Positions 27,156 through 39,182 of a DNA stretch of 64,000 bases are shown here, one piece after another. Both the position numbers and the translations under genes were made by a program. Each line of letters starts with the position of its first letter. Position 1 is the first letter of the stretch. The DNA comes from Asterias rubens (Eukaryota), in the NCBI RefSeq assembly GCF_902459465.1, contig NC_047082.1, forward strand, positions 3,472,001 to 3,536,000, in the 5' to 3' direction. The notes below the pieces were generated by a model, which worked only from the letters and a program-made list of their open reading frames with translations, was not told the DNA's origin and made no database searches.

Positions 27156-27872
27156 TTAAGAAGACAGAAACACAACGGTCGAAACCCCTCAGCTAATATC
27201 AGTAAAACTCATTTTATAATTTAAAAAACTTGAATCCAAGGCGAATACATTATTGTAAAAATGTCATCCAATGTTATTTAGCCAACAAAATATTTTATTG
27301 CAAATTGTGGGAAGGGTGAACCTTTCCCCTTTCCCCACAATGGCTTACAAATATTGAACTTGACTTGTGAAATGAAATAATTACATAGGGGAACATTGTT
27401 TTGGTTTACTTGTGAAGTTTTATCCCTGCCATATTAATAAAATACAAATACAATGCCCAAATTGAAACAAGTTAAGACATACACTGGTTAAAGAAATAGA
27501 ATAAATAAGTAAACAAATGAATACGTAAATGAAATGTGAAATAATTTATCTTGGTTTTTAAAAGTCGAAGAATAAAGACAAAAACAAACAACTGATACGA
27601 ATTCAAAGAACAAAACAGTCAGTTACAAGATTCCTGAGAAAAGTGCAATGTATATTTTTTTGCCAAGTACAATACAAACTCAAAGACTTTTAAGGGACGC
27701 TTAAATTATCGTGTCTACCTTTTAATCAAAGATGGGACAACGAACAAAAAGAGCGAAATTACGTTAACTATTGAGATAAAAACTACATTAGGCAAGTGGC
27801 ACTCATTAGTGTCAAAGAAACTCTCTCCAAAGTCAAATAATTTCAAACCGACTGAGCGAACAATCACCTTAA

Positions 27873-28241
27873 AGGGAAGGTACACCTCTGGTAATCGTCA
27901 AAGACCATTCTTCTCACTTGGTGTATCCCAACATAAGCATAAAATAACAAGCCTGTGAAAATGTGAGCTCAATTGGTCATCAAAGTTGCGAGAAAATGAC
28001 GAGAGAAAAAAACACCCTTGTTGGACGAATTTATGTGCTTTCAGATAGGAACAGAAGACTTCTAGCTAGAAGTCTTTTATAATTTTAGTGAGAAATTACC
28101 TCTTTCTCAAAATCTATGCTACTTCAGAGGGAGCCGTTTCTCACAATGTTGTTTACTATGTACAGCTCTCCCATTCTCGTTACCAATTAGGTTTTGGGGT
28201 TAATATTTGTTTTGAGTAATTACCAAACGGTTACCTTCCCT
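27873..28241. mobile_element. MITE family A variant with AGGGAAGGTA TIRs
   Basis: TTAA-agggaaggtac ... taccttccct-TTAA, internal sequence homologous to family A. Confidence 0.88.
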
Positions 28242-29319
28242 TTAACAGTTAATTTGAAAATTTGAAAGTTTTTTGTTTGGGTTTATAGTTTACATATAGT
28301 CCAGTTAGGAAGTATATTTCGGAACTTTGCAAGCCGTTTAGTGGTCACTGGTTATTTGAACATAATGTTAAATAATACATGGTCTTTTTGAAAACACTCA
28401 AATTTATATATGAATATGCATAACCAACTAAAGCTTTATAAAAATTATCATTCATAAAATGTGTAACAGTTAAAATATGGACTTAGAAGAATACAAAAAG
28501 TGTGGGTTTGATTCATTTCTTGTTCGTTTTACAGGCAACCATATCATTAATTTCCACGCAAACATTACTCATTAAGATAAGGCCAGCATTTATTTGTATA
28601 TTATGACCTTTTATTGAGGATTACTGCACCAGACGAACCGAATTCCCACACACCCAGTAAGGCGCCTGGTTTTTAGATATTTTCTATTTTCAGACGTAAT
28701 ATTGTAATTAGTTTTTATCCCTCTTTATTTATAATCATCCACTGCATATGATACAAACCTTATGATAATTAACCCACAAGAGACTTGTTCTGAAACCAAA
28801 TTTAAACCACAAGCTCAAGACTGTGTTCATATCTGAGCGCCATCTTAGAATCCAGTGCATGGCGGGAGTTCAACGTGGCGTGTCTATCTTTATACGACTC
28901 GAATAAGAATTTTCTTCTAAACTGATCTTTTAATAGACGATCTGCCATCGATTAATGATCACAGTGAAGGCTTGCACTATCGTAAAGTTCGTGATTAATG
29001 CATAGTCATCTATTCTTATATAAGGTACAGCATTGGTTTAGTGCATACCCCAATAACTTTGGTTTTCAATTGACTCATCAATTATATTTTGAGTACTCCA
29101 ATATTCACCAATGGCACTGGTTAGAGTGAATGACGATAGAAACGTCTTCGGCAAGTCTTAAATATATTAAACTTAGGGTGCATTCTACAGCTTCTCTTAA
29201 TCAAAACGAAGATTTAGTCGCCAACCTAATTATATATCTGTGGGTTTTTTCCCAAAAAGCTATTAATTGTTGAACTCAATGGCAGAAATTTGAACCTACG
29301 CTATATAATTGACAACTAA

Positions 29320-30400
29320 AGGTTAAAATGAATGTACTCTTTCAATAGCCAATGATGTAGGCCACTCTCCCTTTATGGTGTTTCTTGCAAAACTAAAGAT
29401 ATGAATGAATGTACTCTTCCAATAACCAATAATATACCATCCCTTTGTGATATGTTTCTTGAAAATTATAAGTATAATAGAGAATTGGAATGGATGTACA
29501 ATATGATGAACAATCCCTTTGTGATATGTTTCTACTCTTCCATTAAGGCCTATTCCAATAATGTACCATCCCTTACGATTTCTTTTGAAAACTAAATGAT
29601 TGTAATGAATGCTCTTCCAATAATGGACCATCCCCGTGTCTTGCAAACTAATAGAGGGTTGGAATGAATGTCCTCTTTCAAATGGACCATCCCTTTATGA
29701 TGTGGTTCTTGAAAACTTTAGTTGATTAGAATGAATGTACTTTTACAAATGGACCATCCCTTTATTATGTGGTTCTTGAAAACTAGTTGATTGGAATGAA
29801 TGTACCTTTTCAAATGGACCATCCCTTTATGATGTGGTTCTTGCAAACTAGAGGATTGGAATGAATGTCCTCTTTCAAATGGACCATCCCTTTATGATGT
29901 GTTTCTTGCAAACTTTAGTTGATTAGAATGAATGTACTTTTACAAATGGACCATCCCTTTATTATGTGGTTCTTGAAAACTAGAGGATTGGATATAATGT
30001 ACTCGTTCAAATGGACCATCACTTTATGGTGTTGTTCTTGAAAAAGAGGATTGGAATGAATGTCCTCTTTCAAGTGGACCATCCCTTTATGATGTGGTTC
30101 TTGCAAACTAGAGGATTGGAATGAATGTCCTCTTTCAATAATGGACAATCCCTTTATGATGTGTTTCTTGCAAACTAGAGGATTGGAATGAATGTCCTCT
30201 TTCAATAATGGACAATCCCTTTATAATGTGTTTCTTGAAAACTATAGAGGATTGAAATAAATGTCCCCTTTTCAATAACCATAGATGTACCATCCCTTAA
30301 TATGATATATTGAAAAACTACAGGAATTTGAGACCCTTCCAGAAATCAATGATTTATATACCATCCCTTTATGTGATTTTTGAAAAACATTTTTAGTTTT
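29320..30400. repeat. Minisatellite, ~65-bp unit (aaactagaggattggaatgaatgtcctctttcaaatggaccatccctttatgatgtggttcttg), about 15 units with degenerate edges
   Basis: Direct tandem units with no unique spacers. Confidence 0.95.
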
Positions 30401-30555
30401 TTATCTTATAAAGATTAATTGAACTGAATTGTGAGTCGAATACTATCCTCCCGGAAACCAAATAATGTACGATCCCTTTATGTTTCTTCAAAAATGAATT
30501 TACTATTCCATATTGTTCAAATATCGTCTTGACTTAAAATATCTTCTTAACTTAA

Positions 30556-30903
30556 AGGCAGTGGACACTATTGGTGTATCTCAACATATGCATAAAATAA
30601 CCAACCTGTGAAAATTTGAGCTTGATTGGTCGTCGAAGTTGCGAGATAATAACGAAAGAAAAAACACCCTTGTCACACGAAGTTGTGTGCTTTCATATGC
30701 TTGATTTCGAGACATCAAACTCTAAATTTGAGGTCTCGAAATCAAATTCGTGGAAAATTACTTCTTTCTCGAAAATTACTTCACTTCAGAGGGAGCTGTT
30801 TCTCACAATGTTTTATACAATCAACCTCTACCCATTACTCGTTATCAAGTAAGGTTTTATGCTAATAAATATTTTGAATAATTACCAATAGTGTCCACTG
30901 CCT
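30556..30903. mobile_element. MITE family A with a deletion at TTGGT microhomology
   Basis: TTAA TSDs at 30552-30555 and 30904-30907. Confidence 0.9.
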
Positions 30904-31141
30904 TTAAAACACTTTTTTTTGCACTGCCACTTTTGTAGACAGTTAAGATACCAACTTAAATCTTGTACGTATAATAATTAGTCTAGAACTGTTCTAAAAT
31001 GAAATTGTACAACATTGTTTTTTTTTTCAAGATTCCTCAAACCATGGACTTGGTAGAATGTTCAAACCATTTTGCTCTTAAGAAACATCACAGAAAAATC
31101 AAAATGGAAAAAATTTAAATTAAATTAACGTATACTATATA

Positions 31142-31378
31142 TTAATTTTGTTTTTTTTACCCATACACCGATGTGTGTTAGCACTGTATACTCAGTACTT
31201 TCCCGAGTCCTGTGAAAAAATATCACAGGCATGTTACTCGGGTGGGATTCGAACCCACGACCCTTGCAATTCTAGAGCAGTGTCTTACCAACTAGACTAC
31301 CGAGGTTGCCCGGCAGCTAGAGGCAGTTCGAATCCTATGTTTTGGCAGCGGGTACCGCAACAATATAATACCGCAACG
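31142..31378 (-). mobile_element. Family C copy with a 12-bp TSD
   Basis: GTATACTATATA at 31130-31141 and 31379-31390. tRNA-like module at 31236-31305 (minus strand). Confidence 0.85.
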
Positions 31379-31397
31379 GTATACTATATAGTCAAGA

Positions 31398-31882
31398 TAC
31401 TGTATTATATTCGGGTCCTATATTGATATGTTGACCAGTGAGATCACACTATTAAACCGAAACCTCGCTTCTGGTTCGGCGCCTGATTTTAAAGTCCTCA
31501 TCATTTCCAGCAGATTTCAACCTGACCTTATAATAACTGTCTCGAATACTCTGTCTTAATGGTCTGATAATTTGAAACGGTGGGCTGGAACAGCATGAGT
31601 TGTGAACGTTTGATTGTCCAGATTGAAGTGTTTAAGGAAATAGGCAAATCTTAACCCAACGTACATAGCCAATATACTGTACTATATTGGGGTCCTATAT
31701 TGATAGTACGTTGACCTCCCAGTGAGGATTATTGCAATCCCACAAACCAAAAGCTTGCTTCTGGTTCGGCGCTTGATTTTGAAGACCTGGATTAAATTTA
31801 GGTTGATATTTAAGTACTCGTCATTTCCAGAAGATTCATACCTGACCTGAATAACTATCTCGTTACTCTGTCTTAATTTGCT
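31398..31882. repeat. Old direct duplication (31398-31565 and 31675-31882)
   Basis: Shared tatatt.gggtcctatattgata, gcttctggttcggcgc and tactctgtcttaat. Confidence 0.8.
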
Positions 31883-32220
31883 GCAGGATGTTGATTGATA
31901 GAGCTCGGGTTAAATGCATCAAGGGTCGACGTGTGTGTTGCATATGAAATGTGATATTAGACTTGCTAATTCCATGAGTAATGATGTCAATTGGCCTCAC
32001 ACGCGCCTATCCTGTCCACCTAATGGGAGTCAAAATGTACATAACAATATTGTGGAAATGGTTACGCGCATTGTGCAAAGTGCGTTTCGAGTCTAGAATT
32101 GGTCGATTAGTACTACATGTATAGTAGTCACACTCGTTATATAGGCTTAATCTTTGAAAAATATTACATAATTTGTGCCATACAACGACAGACGTGTCGT
32201 AGTCGAGAGTTTTTGTTTAA

Positions 32221-32558
32221 AGATGCTATGTCAGATTTGTTTGAGTGAATGGTATTTCAAAGAGTATTACCCGCTCTAACGAAAAAAAGGTACTTTTACT
32301 TTTAGTGGTTAGGAACCTTGACAAAAATTTAAAACTTTTCTTATAAAACACATAAGAATTGGTCACGTGATGTATTGTCGGGATCCCGACAAAAACTAAC
32401 TTTGAGCATTTTATTTCACTGCTACTAATAATTGGCGGACTTTTTCGAGCAATGGCTCAAATGAAAGCTTGTAACTTTCTCGACCTCCATCAAAATACCT
32501 ATTGAATTTTGAATCAAACTTTTCGGGTCAAATCGGCAAAAAATCTGACATAGCATCT
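32221..32558. mobile_element. Kolobok-type MITE family I
   Basis: TTAA-AGATGCTATGTCAGATTT ... AAATCTGACATAGCATCT-TTAA. Confidence 0.88.
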
Positions 32559-32669
32559 TTAAGGCACATGAAACTTATCAGTAAACGGTTAGTCCAATCA
32601 GGAACCAGTCTCAAACTACAGCCCTTAATAATCCTTCATCTATCTCAAACAAAGATTCATCTTCTAGAA

Positions 32670-32894
32670 AGGCACTAGACACCTGTGGTAAATGTCGAAT
32701 ACCAATATGCTCACTTGGTGTATATCAATACATGCATAAAGTAACAAACCTGTGTAAATCTTGGCTCAGTATTGTTCATCGAAGTTGCAAGAAAACAATG
32801 AAACAGTTGAGAGAGTCATTTCCTACAATGTTTTATACTATCAGTAATTTGTTATGCTAATGTTTTGAGTCATTACTAAAAGTGTCAACTGCCT
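32670..32894. mobile_element. MITE family A, old and deleted
   Basis: Degenerate TIRs aggcactagacac / gtgtcaactgcct. Confidence 0.75.
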
Positions 32895-33654
32895 ATAAAA
32901 GTAACCATTTCCACTGCATTGAAAATCTTACTACTTTGTAGAATGGAGGTAGAGTGGTACATATATAATATTGTGTTGTGGGTTGTCCCGAGCTCCCCCC
33001 CCCCCCACCAATCCCGTAACAAGAGTGACAGCAAATTGGATCAATTAGTTGTACCGTCCCAGACAGTGAGGGTGACCAACACCCTGGACATTCAGGTGTC
33101 AATCAATGGTGCTAGCCCAGCAGCCACCTTTGATCAGCACGGAACCCTCGATGACCTGTCAGTGTCACACACGGGGGCAGTGGGTGTTGTTCACGGCAGA
33201 CAGTTGGACCATGGAGGACCATGATAGGACATTGGCCCGTAGTTACTTAACTGCCTTTGGCAAAACAAACTTGTAGTGGTCCACTTTCAACTTGAGTCTG
33301 AGGTCAAACATGTTTTAGAGGTTCTATTGATGGAGGGCTTATTACTCACTGAAAGTGCACGCCTTGGGTGGTTTGAGATCAAGCATGTACATACATTGTA
33401 TCATGGAGGAAGGGAAATTGTATGTACGTTGCTCGTTCTCTTTTACGATAATAGCAAGTCAATAAAAACCTATGGTCTTTTCTTTTTACTGTGTGTGCTC
33501 AATCAACATCCGGCTTAGCGTGTGGTTTGTTTTTTAGTGACCTGATATTTTGTAGAGAAATGACCGGTGTTTACAGCCATTGAAACCTTTAAATGAATTA
33601 ATTGATGTGTGTACACGTATGAAGGAGGTGTTGACAAGTTGTTGGTGAGTTTTG

Positions 33655-33930
33655 TCACTGTGTGCCAATGACAGTGGGCCGAGTTCATATGGGTACGAGT
33701 TGGTTCGTTTGCGTAACCTGCGTCTGTGTGACAATGACAGTGGGTCGAGTTGGTCAGATGATATGGGTACGAGTTGGTTCGGTTGCGTAACATGCGTATG
33801 TGTGTCGATGACAGTGGGCCGAGTTGGTCGGTTGTTGTGAGGACGAGTTGGTTCGGCTGCGTAACCTGCGTCTGTGACAATAACAGTGGGTCGAGCTGGT
33901 CAGTTGATATGGGGGAGTGGTTCGGTTGCT
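33655..33930. repeat. Minisatellite, 66-74-bp unit, 4 copies
   Basis: (g)acagtggg at 33670, 33736, 33810 and ~33882. Confidence 0.9.
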
Positions 33931-34077
33931 CATCCTGCATCTTCACGTGCAAAATAATTGCTATGATTTAAGCATGTTTTGATAAATGTCTAACACCATA
34001 GTCGTAAGGATTGTGTGGGGAAGAGTAATGGCTGGCAGAAATCATACACAAAAGGCATGGATATACTTTTAGATAGG

Positions 34078-34316
34078 CAAAGACCATTATTCTCACATGG
34101 GCTGAATTGGTCATAGAAGTTGCAAGACAATTTTGAAAAAGAAAACACCCTTGTTGCATAGAATTATGTATTTCCAGATGCTTGAAGCATACATTATTTC
34201 AAAGAGTGTCGTTTAACAATGTTTTTATATAAACAGCTCTCCAATGCCCATCATCAAGTAAGTTTGTTTGGTCATTTAACTATGTGAGTAATCACCAAAG
34301 GTATACCCTCACTTTA
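34078..34316. mobile_element. MITE family A, degraded
   Basis: caaagacc..ctcac, gaaaacacccttgttg and caacagctctcc-like motifs. Confidence 0.6.
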
Positions 34317-34539
34317 AAGCTTAGAGTACGAACCCTTTGATGGAATGGATGGCCACCCTCCCAAGGTCACCCCAAGACCTGGGAGAGGAGGGGTGAGGCC
34401 AATGATTATTGATCGATGCGTAATGAGTTGACCACGAGAGAAGGTTGACAACCTGACCTCACTAACGTCACTCTACGTTCTGATCGATTCCTCTTTGGGT
34501 TTTCTTAAAACCACAGAGCTCTGCTGAAGCAATCAGGGT

Positions 34540-35135
34540 GGTCTCGTGGCGTGTCCATGGCCTAGGGGTTTAAGGGTACATGAGTCAAGCTCTGGTGTTC
34601 CTAATCAGCAGAGGGTGGGTTCAAGTCCCAGTCGTGACATCTGTGTCCAAGACACCTAACCATGAGGTGTCGTGGCCTAGCGGTTAAGAGCACTGGACCC
34701 AAGCTCTGGTGTTTCTGATCAGCAGAGTGTGGGTTCGAGTCCAAGTCGTGAAACCTATGTCCTTAAGCAAGACACCTAACCATGAGGTGTCGTGGCTTAG
34801 CGGTTAAGAGCACTGGACTCGAGCTCTGGTGTTTCTGATCAGCAGAGTGTGGGTTCGAATCCCAGTCGTGGAACTAACCATGATGCTTTGTCCTTCGATG
34901 GGACGTAAAGCCGTTGGTCCCGTGTGTTGTTTAACGCATGTAAAAGAACCCAGCGCTCTTATCGTTAAGAGAAGGGTTCGCCCCGGTGTTCCTGGTTTGA
35001 TCGGCAGCATCATGAGCAAATTGTAAACCATTAAGAAAGGAACAAGTCTCACATACTTCAAAAAAGTAGATCAAAATACCTTGCGCTTTGATGCGCCCAC
35101 CATAGGGGTGTGATGAAGCGCTTTATAAGACCCTA
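34540..35135 (+). mobile_element. tRNA-derived SINE (CORE-like segment) with a triplicated head
   Basis: Three tandem heads, each with an A box (e.g. TGGCCTAGCGG 34673-34683) and a B box (GGTTCGAGTCC 34732-34742). gtccttaagcaagacac resembles the start of the CORE domain. Body is homologous to 16958-17309. Confidence 0.85.
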
Positions 35136-35683
35136 ATATTGATATAATAAGATTTCAAGAACTTAAACATCTCAAGCCTTATTTGGACATGAAAACTCCT
35201 TCACAACTCAGAGTAATCACTTTATGGTATAATTCCAAAGTTTATTTTGAACAGAGTTCTCCCTATGCATAGGAATGGATGGTTAGTTGATCGTTTAGAC
35301 ACCCGTTGGTTTAGTTGTTGGGAAGTTGGGTAAAGTATACTTTGGGATATTATGACATTATTTGAAACGCACCGTGTGGAATTAAGCCATGCTATAAAAG
35401 TCACGAATCCAACAGAGTTCTTAAAAGTTGACATTCCGTACATATCGCTTTACGTCGCAAATTCGTGCTGAATTGAGGTCAAAGTAAAATTGTTACCGTT
35501 AATCAAGAGCAGTACACGAAGAGTTTGTTTTTACCGATCATCATTATAGATCGATTAAGGAATCGAAGCATAGATAACTTGTTCATAAATATATTTTTTT
35601 GTCAAAATCTTTAGTAGAGGTGGCTGATGATGAAATGCCATCCGCAGGGGGTGGGGTGTGTGGTTATGAAAGAAATCCACATA

Positions 35684-36000
35684 AAAGACCAGTGTTCTCA
35701 CTTGATGTATCCCATCATATAAGCATAAAATAACAAGCATGTGAACATTTGGGCTCCATTGGTCATCGAGGTTGCGAGAAAATGATTAAGAAAAAACACC
35801 CTTGTTGGACGAATTTGTGCGCTTTCAGAAAGGAATAAAAGACTGACATTGAGAAATTACCTCACTCTCAAAAACTATGTTATTATCAGACGGAGTTGTT
35901 TCCACAATGTTTCATACTATCAACAGCTCTCCAATGCTTGTTACCAAGTCAGTTTTTAAGTTAATATTTGTATTTAATAATTACCAAACGTGTATCCTCT
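35684..36000. mobile_element. MITE family A variant, degraded
   Basis: Similar to 27873-28241 (aaaaacacccttgttggacgaatt). Confidence 0.75.
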
Positions 36001-37776
36001 GAACTACAATGCGCTCCTTTTTGTAACGATATTGTGCACCCCTTCTCGACAAAGTACGTTCATGAAGGGCGACAGTCTACATTGTATGCGACATCGCAAA
36101 TGTATGCACAGATATTAAATTATTTTGTAGTGTTCCTTTATCTCTGTGTGTCAACATTGAGGAATACATTTAATCTTTATTTCTTTCATTCCTGTTTGTT
36201 GACTGTCTCGAAATCTGCGTTAGCCAAAGCATGAACCATTTGTATACCCACAATCTCGCTATTAGTTTGATCAACAAAATTCCACAGAGCCGTATGTTGA
36301 CTGGTATGTTTTAAATTACCACCAAAGTATACATTCTCACGCTGTTGTTTTTTCCTGGGTATATAAATGGGGGATAAGGTGTCTTGAATATGCGACCTCG
36401 ATTACACTGCGTAGTCTAATGCATGGGAAAACAGACGACAGTGGGGAAATAAATGTTAAACTATTTCCCACAATATATCTCAAAAGCTTGTCCTGGATTT
36501 AACAGTCCTTAAGAACGCTTCTGTTAGATGAAATGACAGAAGTATAAGTGAGTTTTCTCATAGTTTGTTTACCAGTGACCTTCCCAGCGACAAAACGAAG
36601 ACCACTTGTACCCGAACCCCCAGTGGGCCAACCCATCGCCCCCATCTCCAGAATCGATAGAGATCGTCCACGCACCATGCTTGTCTCTTTTTCAAGTCGT
36701 GAATTTGTAAACCACCGGTAAACCGATTTAACATTTACTCATTGTCCATTGCCATCCCACGATATATCCAAAAGGAGGGTGGGCGATTTGGGGGTTTAGT
36801 ATTTCAAGGCTTTCCCAAATGTTGTTTATTTTGTCGGTGTCATTTAACCCCAAAGTGGTTTTATCGCAACCTTCAGAAATAACGAATGGAGGAATAAAGC
36901 AATGATGAAGTGAATAGGCCAACTTAGTTACTGGGTTTTGCAAGAATTCATTCCAGTCCTCTAACTTTCAATAAACAAACATTATAACCACCTAAAAAAA
37001 TGTATTTTCAAAAATCACGTTAAAATCAAAATACCTGAACGATAATGTACCGAGTTAAACACTGTAAAAATCTAAACATGTTTAAGGTTATTGAAAATCT
37101 AATCAACCCCTGTTTAACTAAACTTCAGCAGACCAGACATTTTTACAACTTGGGCGATGTTTTATTTATCGTACTTTATCAGCCAGTTTATCTTCTACAA
37201 ACACACTAAACACGGATCTATTGTTATAAACTAAACCCATTTTAAATTTAAACGCGGCTTGCTTTAATTACACTTTGAATTCTACCCGGAAAGTGTTATT
37301 GGTTTTCGGCATGCCTTTGAAGAGTACGTCGGCCCCTTTAAACTATGATCTAAAGGGTGGTATATTCAGTGGTTCTGTAGTGCCGCAAAAACATTCATTT
37401 GCACGGTATACCTTTGGAGTGTACGTCGGCCCCTTTAAACCATTATCTAAGGATACCTGTTGGATGGTTTGGACGGGCCGTTCACCTGTGCCGTCTATTG
37501 TTGTTTGTCTCCCCATGGGAGGTTTGATGCAATACGGAGAAATGTTTCCAAACCGCATTGGTTTGAAAAAAGCTCACCAGATTAGTATAGTTTGACTGGT
37601 GGTCGTAAGGTGATCACTGATCACTATGGATCAATCACACGAAGTGAGTCCGTCAATACTTGCATTCCTTTCTGGTTTCGTGAGTTGCTAATTTTAGAAG
37701 TGGAAAATAGACTGGTGGTAGTCATGATGACGACAAACAAAATTGGCCCACTACAAAATGACACACAAGCAGAATC

Positions 37777-37971
37777 TTGGCCCAATTTCATCTGCCTAAG
37801 CTAACAAAATAGCATAAGCACAACAACATTAAGCTTACCAGAGTAAGGTTACCAGCCAAATTCCCATGTCACATGTACGATTTGTGGCTGGTATCCTGCT
37901 TATTGTGGCTTAGCAGAAAGGTGTTAAGCAGAACTCCCTGCAATAAGCAGCTGTATGACATTGGGCCCTGG
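37777..37971. mobile_element. Family F-related MITE (F2)
   Basis: ggcccaatttcat ... atgacattgggccctgg. Related degraded copies at about 14771-14925 and 50019-50140. Confidence 0.75.
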
Positions 37972-38053
37972 ACGGCGACCAATCTCATTTGATCATCACT
38001 CATAAAATGAGACTAAGTTGGCACAATCGTTACATTGAGTTGTTTTTATTTAA

Positions 38054-38245
38054 AGGAACACGTTGCCTTGGATCGGACGAGTTGGTCTATGAAAAGCGTT
38101 TGAAACCGTTTGTTATGAAATGCATATGGGTAGAAAGATAATGTCAAAGTAGAATACAATGATCCACACAAGTATCACTCGAAATTGCACGGTTTTCATT
38201 TTACGTCGCGAACTAACACGGTCGGCCATTTATGGGAGTCAAATT
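38054..38245. mobile_element. Family G, left arm only
   Basis: TTAA-aggaacacgttgccttggatcgg ... gggagtcaaatt. Confidence 0.88.
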
Positions 38246-38430
38246 ATTGATAATTACTCAAAATAATTATTAGCATAAAACCCTACTTGGTAACGAGTAA
38301 TGGGGAGAGGTTGATAGTATAAAACGTTGTGAGAAACGGCTCCCTCTGAAGTGGAGTACTTTTCGAGAGAGAAGTTTAGAATTTGAGGTCTTGAAATCAA
38401 GCATCTGAAAGCACACAACTTCGAGTGACA
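38246..38430. mobile_element. MITE family A fragment fused to a family G half
   Basis: taattactcaaaataattattagcataaaacc... directly after the centre of family G. Confidence 0.8.
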
Positions 38431-39140
38431 ATAGTATTGTTATCTCATTTCATTTGCCCACATTTTAAGTTTTCAGGCAAGTTGAATGCAACACTCTGAC
38501 TCTGTTCCTGTTATACAAATGAAAAAGTTGAATGGATAAAAGGTTACAATAATCCACCTAACAATTTTCATTTATCAGTATATTTTTTTATTCGCAATAC
38601 TTTCCTATCAATTAACTTTTATTTCAAAGTACAGTGGTTAAACAAGTATAGAGGAAAACCTGTAGACAGGCTGGCAATTGTACCCAGTCAAGTGTAGGTC
38701 AACCGTGTTTTCATGATGCCTGCGGTCCCCTCAAAGAGTTCATTTATCGGTCAATACACAGCCTGAAATAGGGTCAAAATGGTACATTAGACGGCGAATG
38801 CTCCCTGGCTCCGAGCGCCTCGCCACCGTGACTGTGGTATAGTCACCGACCTCCCCTCCTTTTGAACAATTCCTACGAGTGTATTATGAAGGGTTTAATT
38901 AAGCGGCTACAATTCCCATTGGGGTTAATACTTTTCTTAGTAAATAGATACAGGTAAACAGAAGTTCAATCATGCAGGAAGTAATGTCGCCAGTAGACTG
39001 GCCAAACTGTCTGTTGGACTATTTAACGCTAACATTATTATAGCGTGTTAACTTTGGTTTTGCCCTTAGCACTGTAGACTCGGTACTGTTCTGTGAACAA
39101 AATCAATACCAGAGCAGTGTCTGGTCTTACCAAGTATACT

Positions 39141-39182
39141 TCTCCTGAAGACGAGCAGAGTTTACTTTTCGAAACGTCGAGA
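39141..39182 (+). ncRNA. Minimal type I hammerhead ribozyme motif (PLE type)
   Basis: tctc-CTGAAGA-c-[gagcagagtttacttttc]-GAAAC-GTC-gaga. Conserved core, imperfect helix II, 4-bp helix I, palindromic ACGT in place of helix III. Confidence 0.6.

Noticed and set aside
29320-30400. Regular repeats suggestive of a CRISPR array
   Set aside because: The units are contiguous tandem copies with no unique spacers, there are no cas genes, and the context is eukaryotic.
33019-33240. Multi-UGA selenoprotein on the minus strand
   Set aside because: TGA codons occur in several frames, there are no Sec-typical motifs, and no SECIS was found. The 16483 hairpin has Watson-Crick TCAT, not the SECIS GA quartet.
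34540-34870. Repeated ~120-bp units as a tRNA gene cluster
   Set aside because: No proper cloverleaf (a long insert replaces the anticodon and variable region), and the units run into a SINE body and tail.
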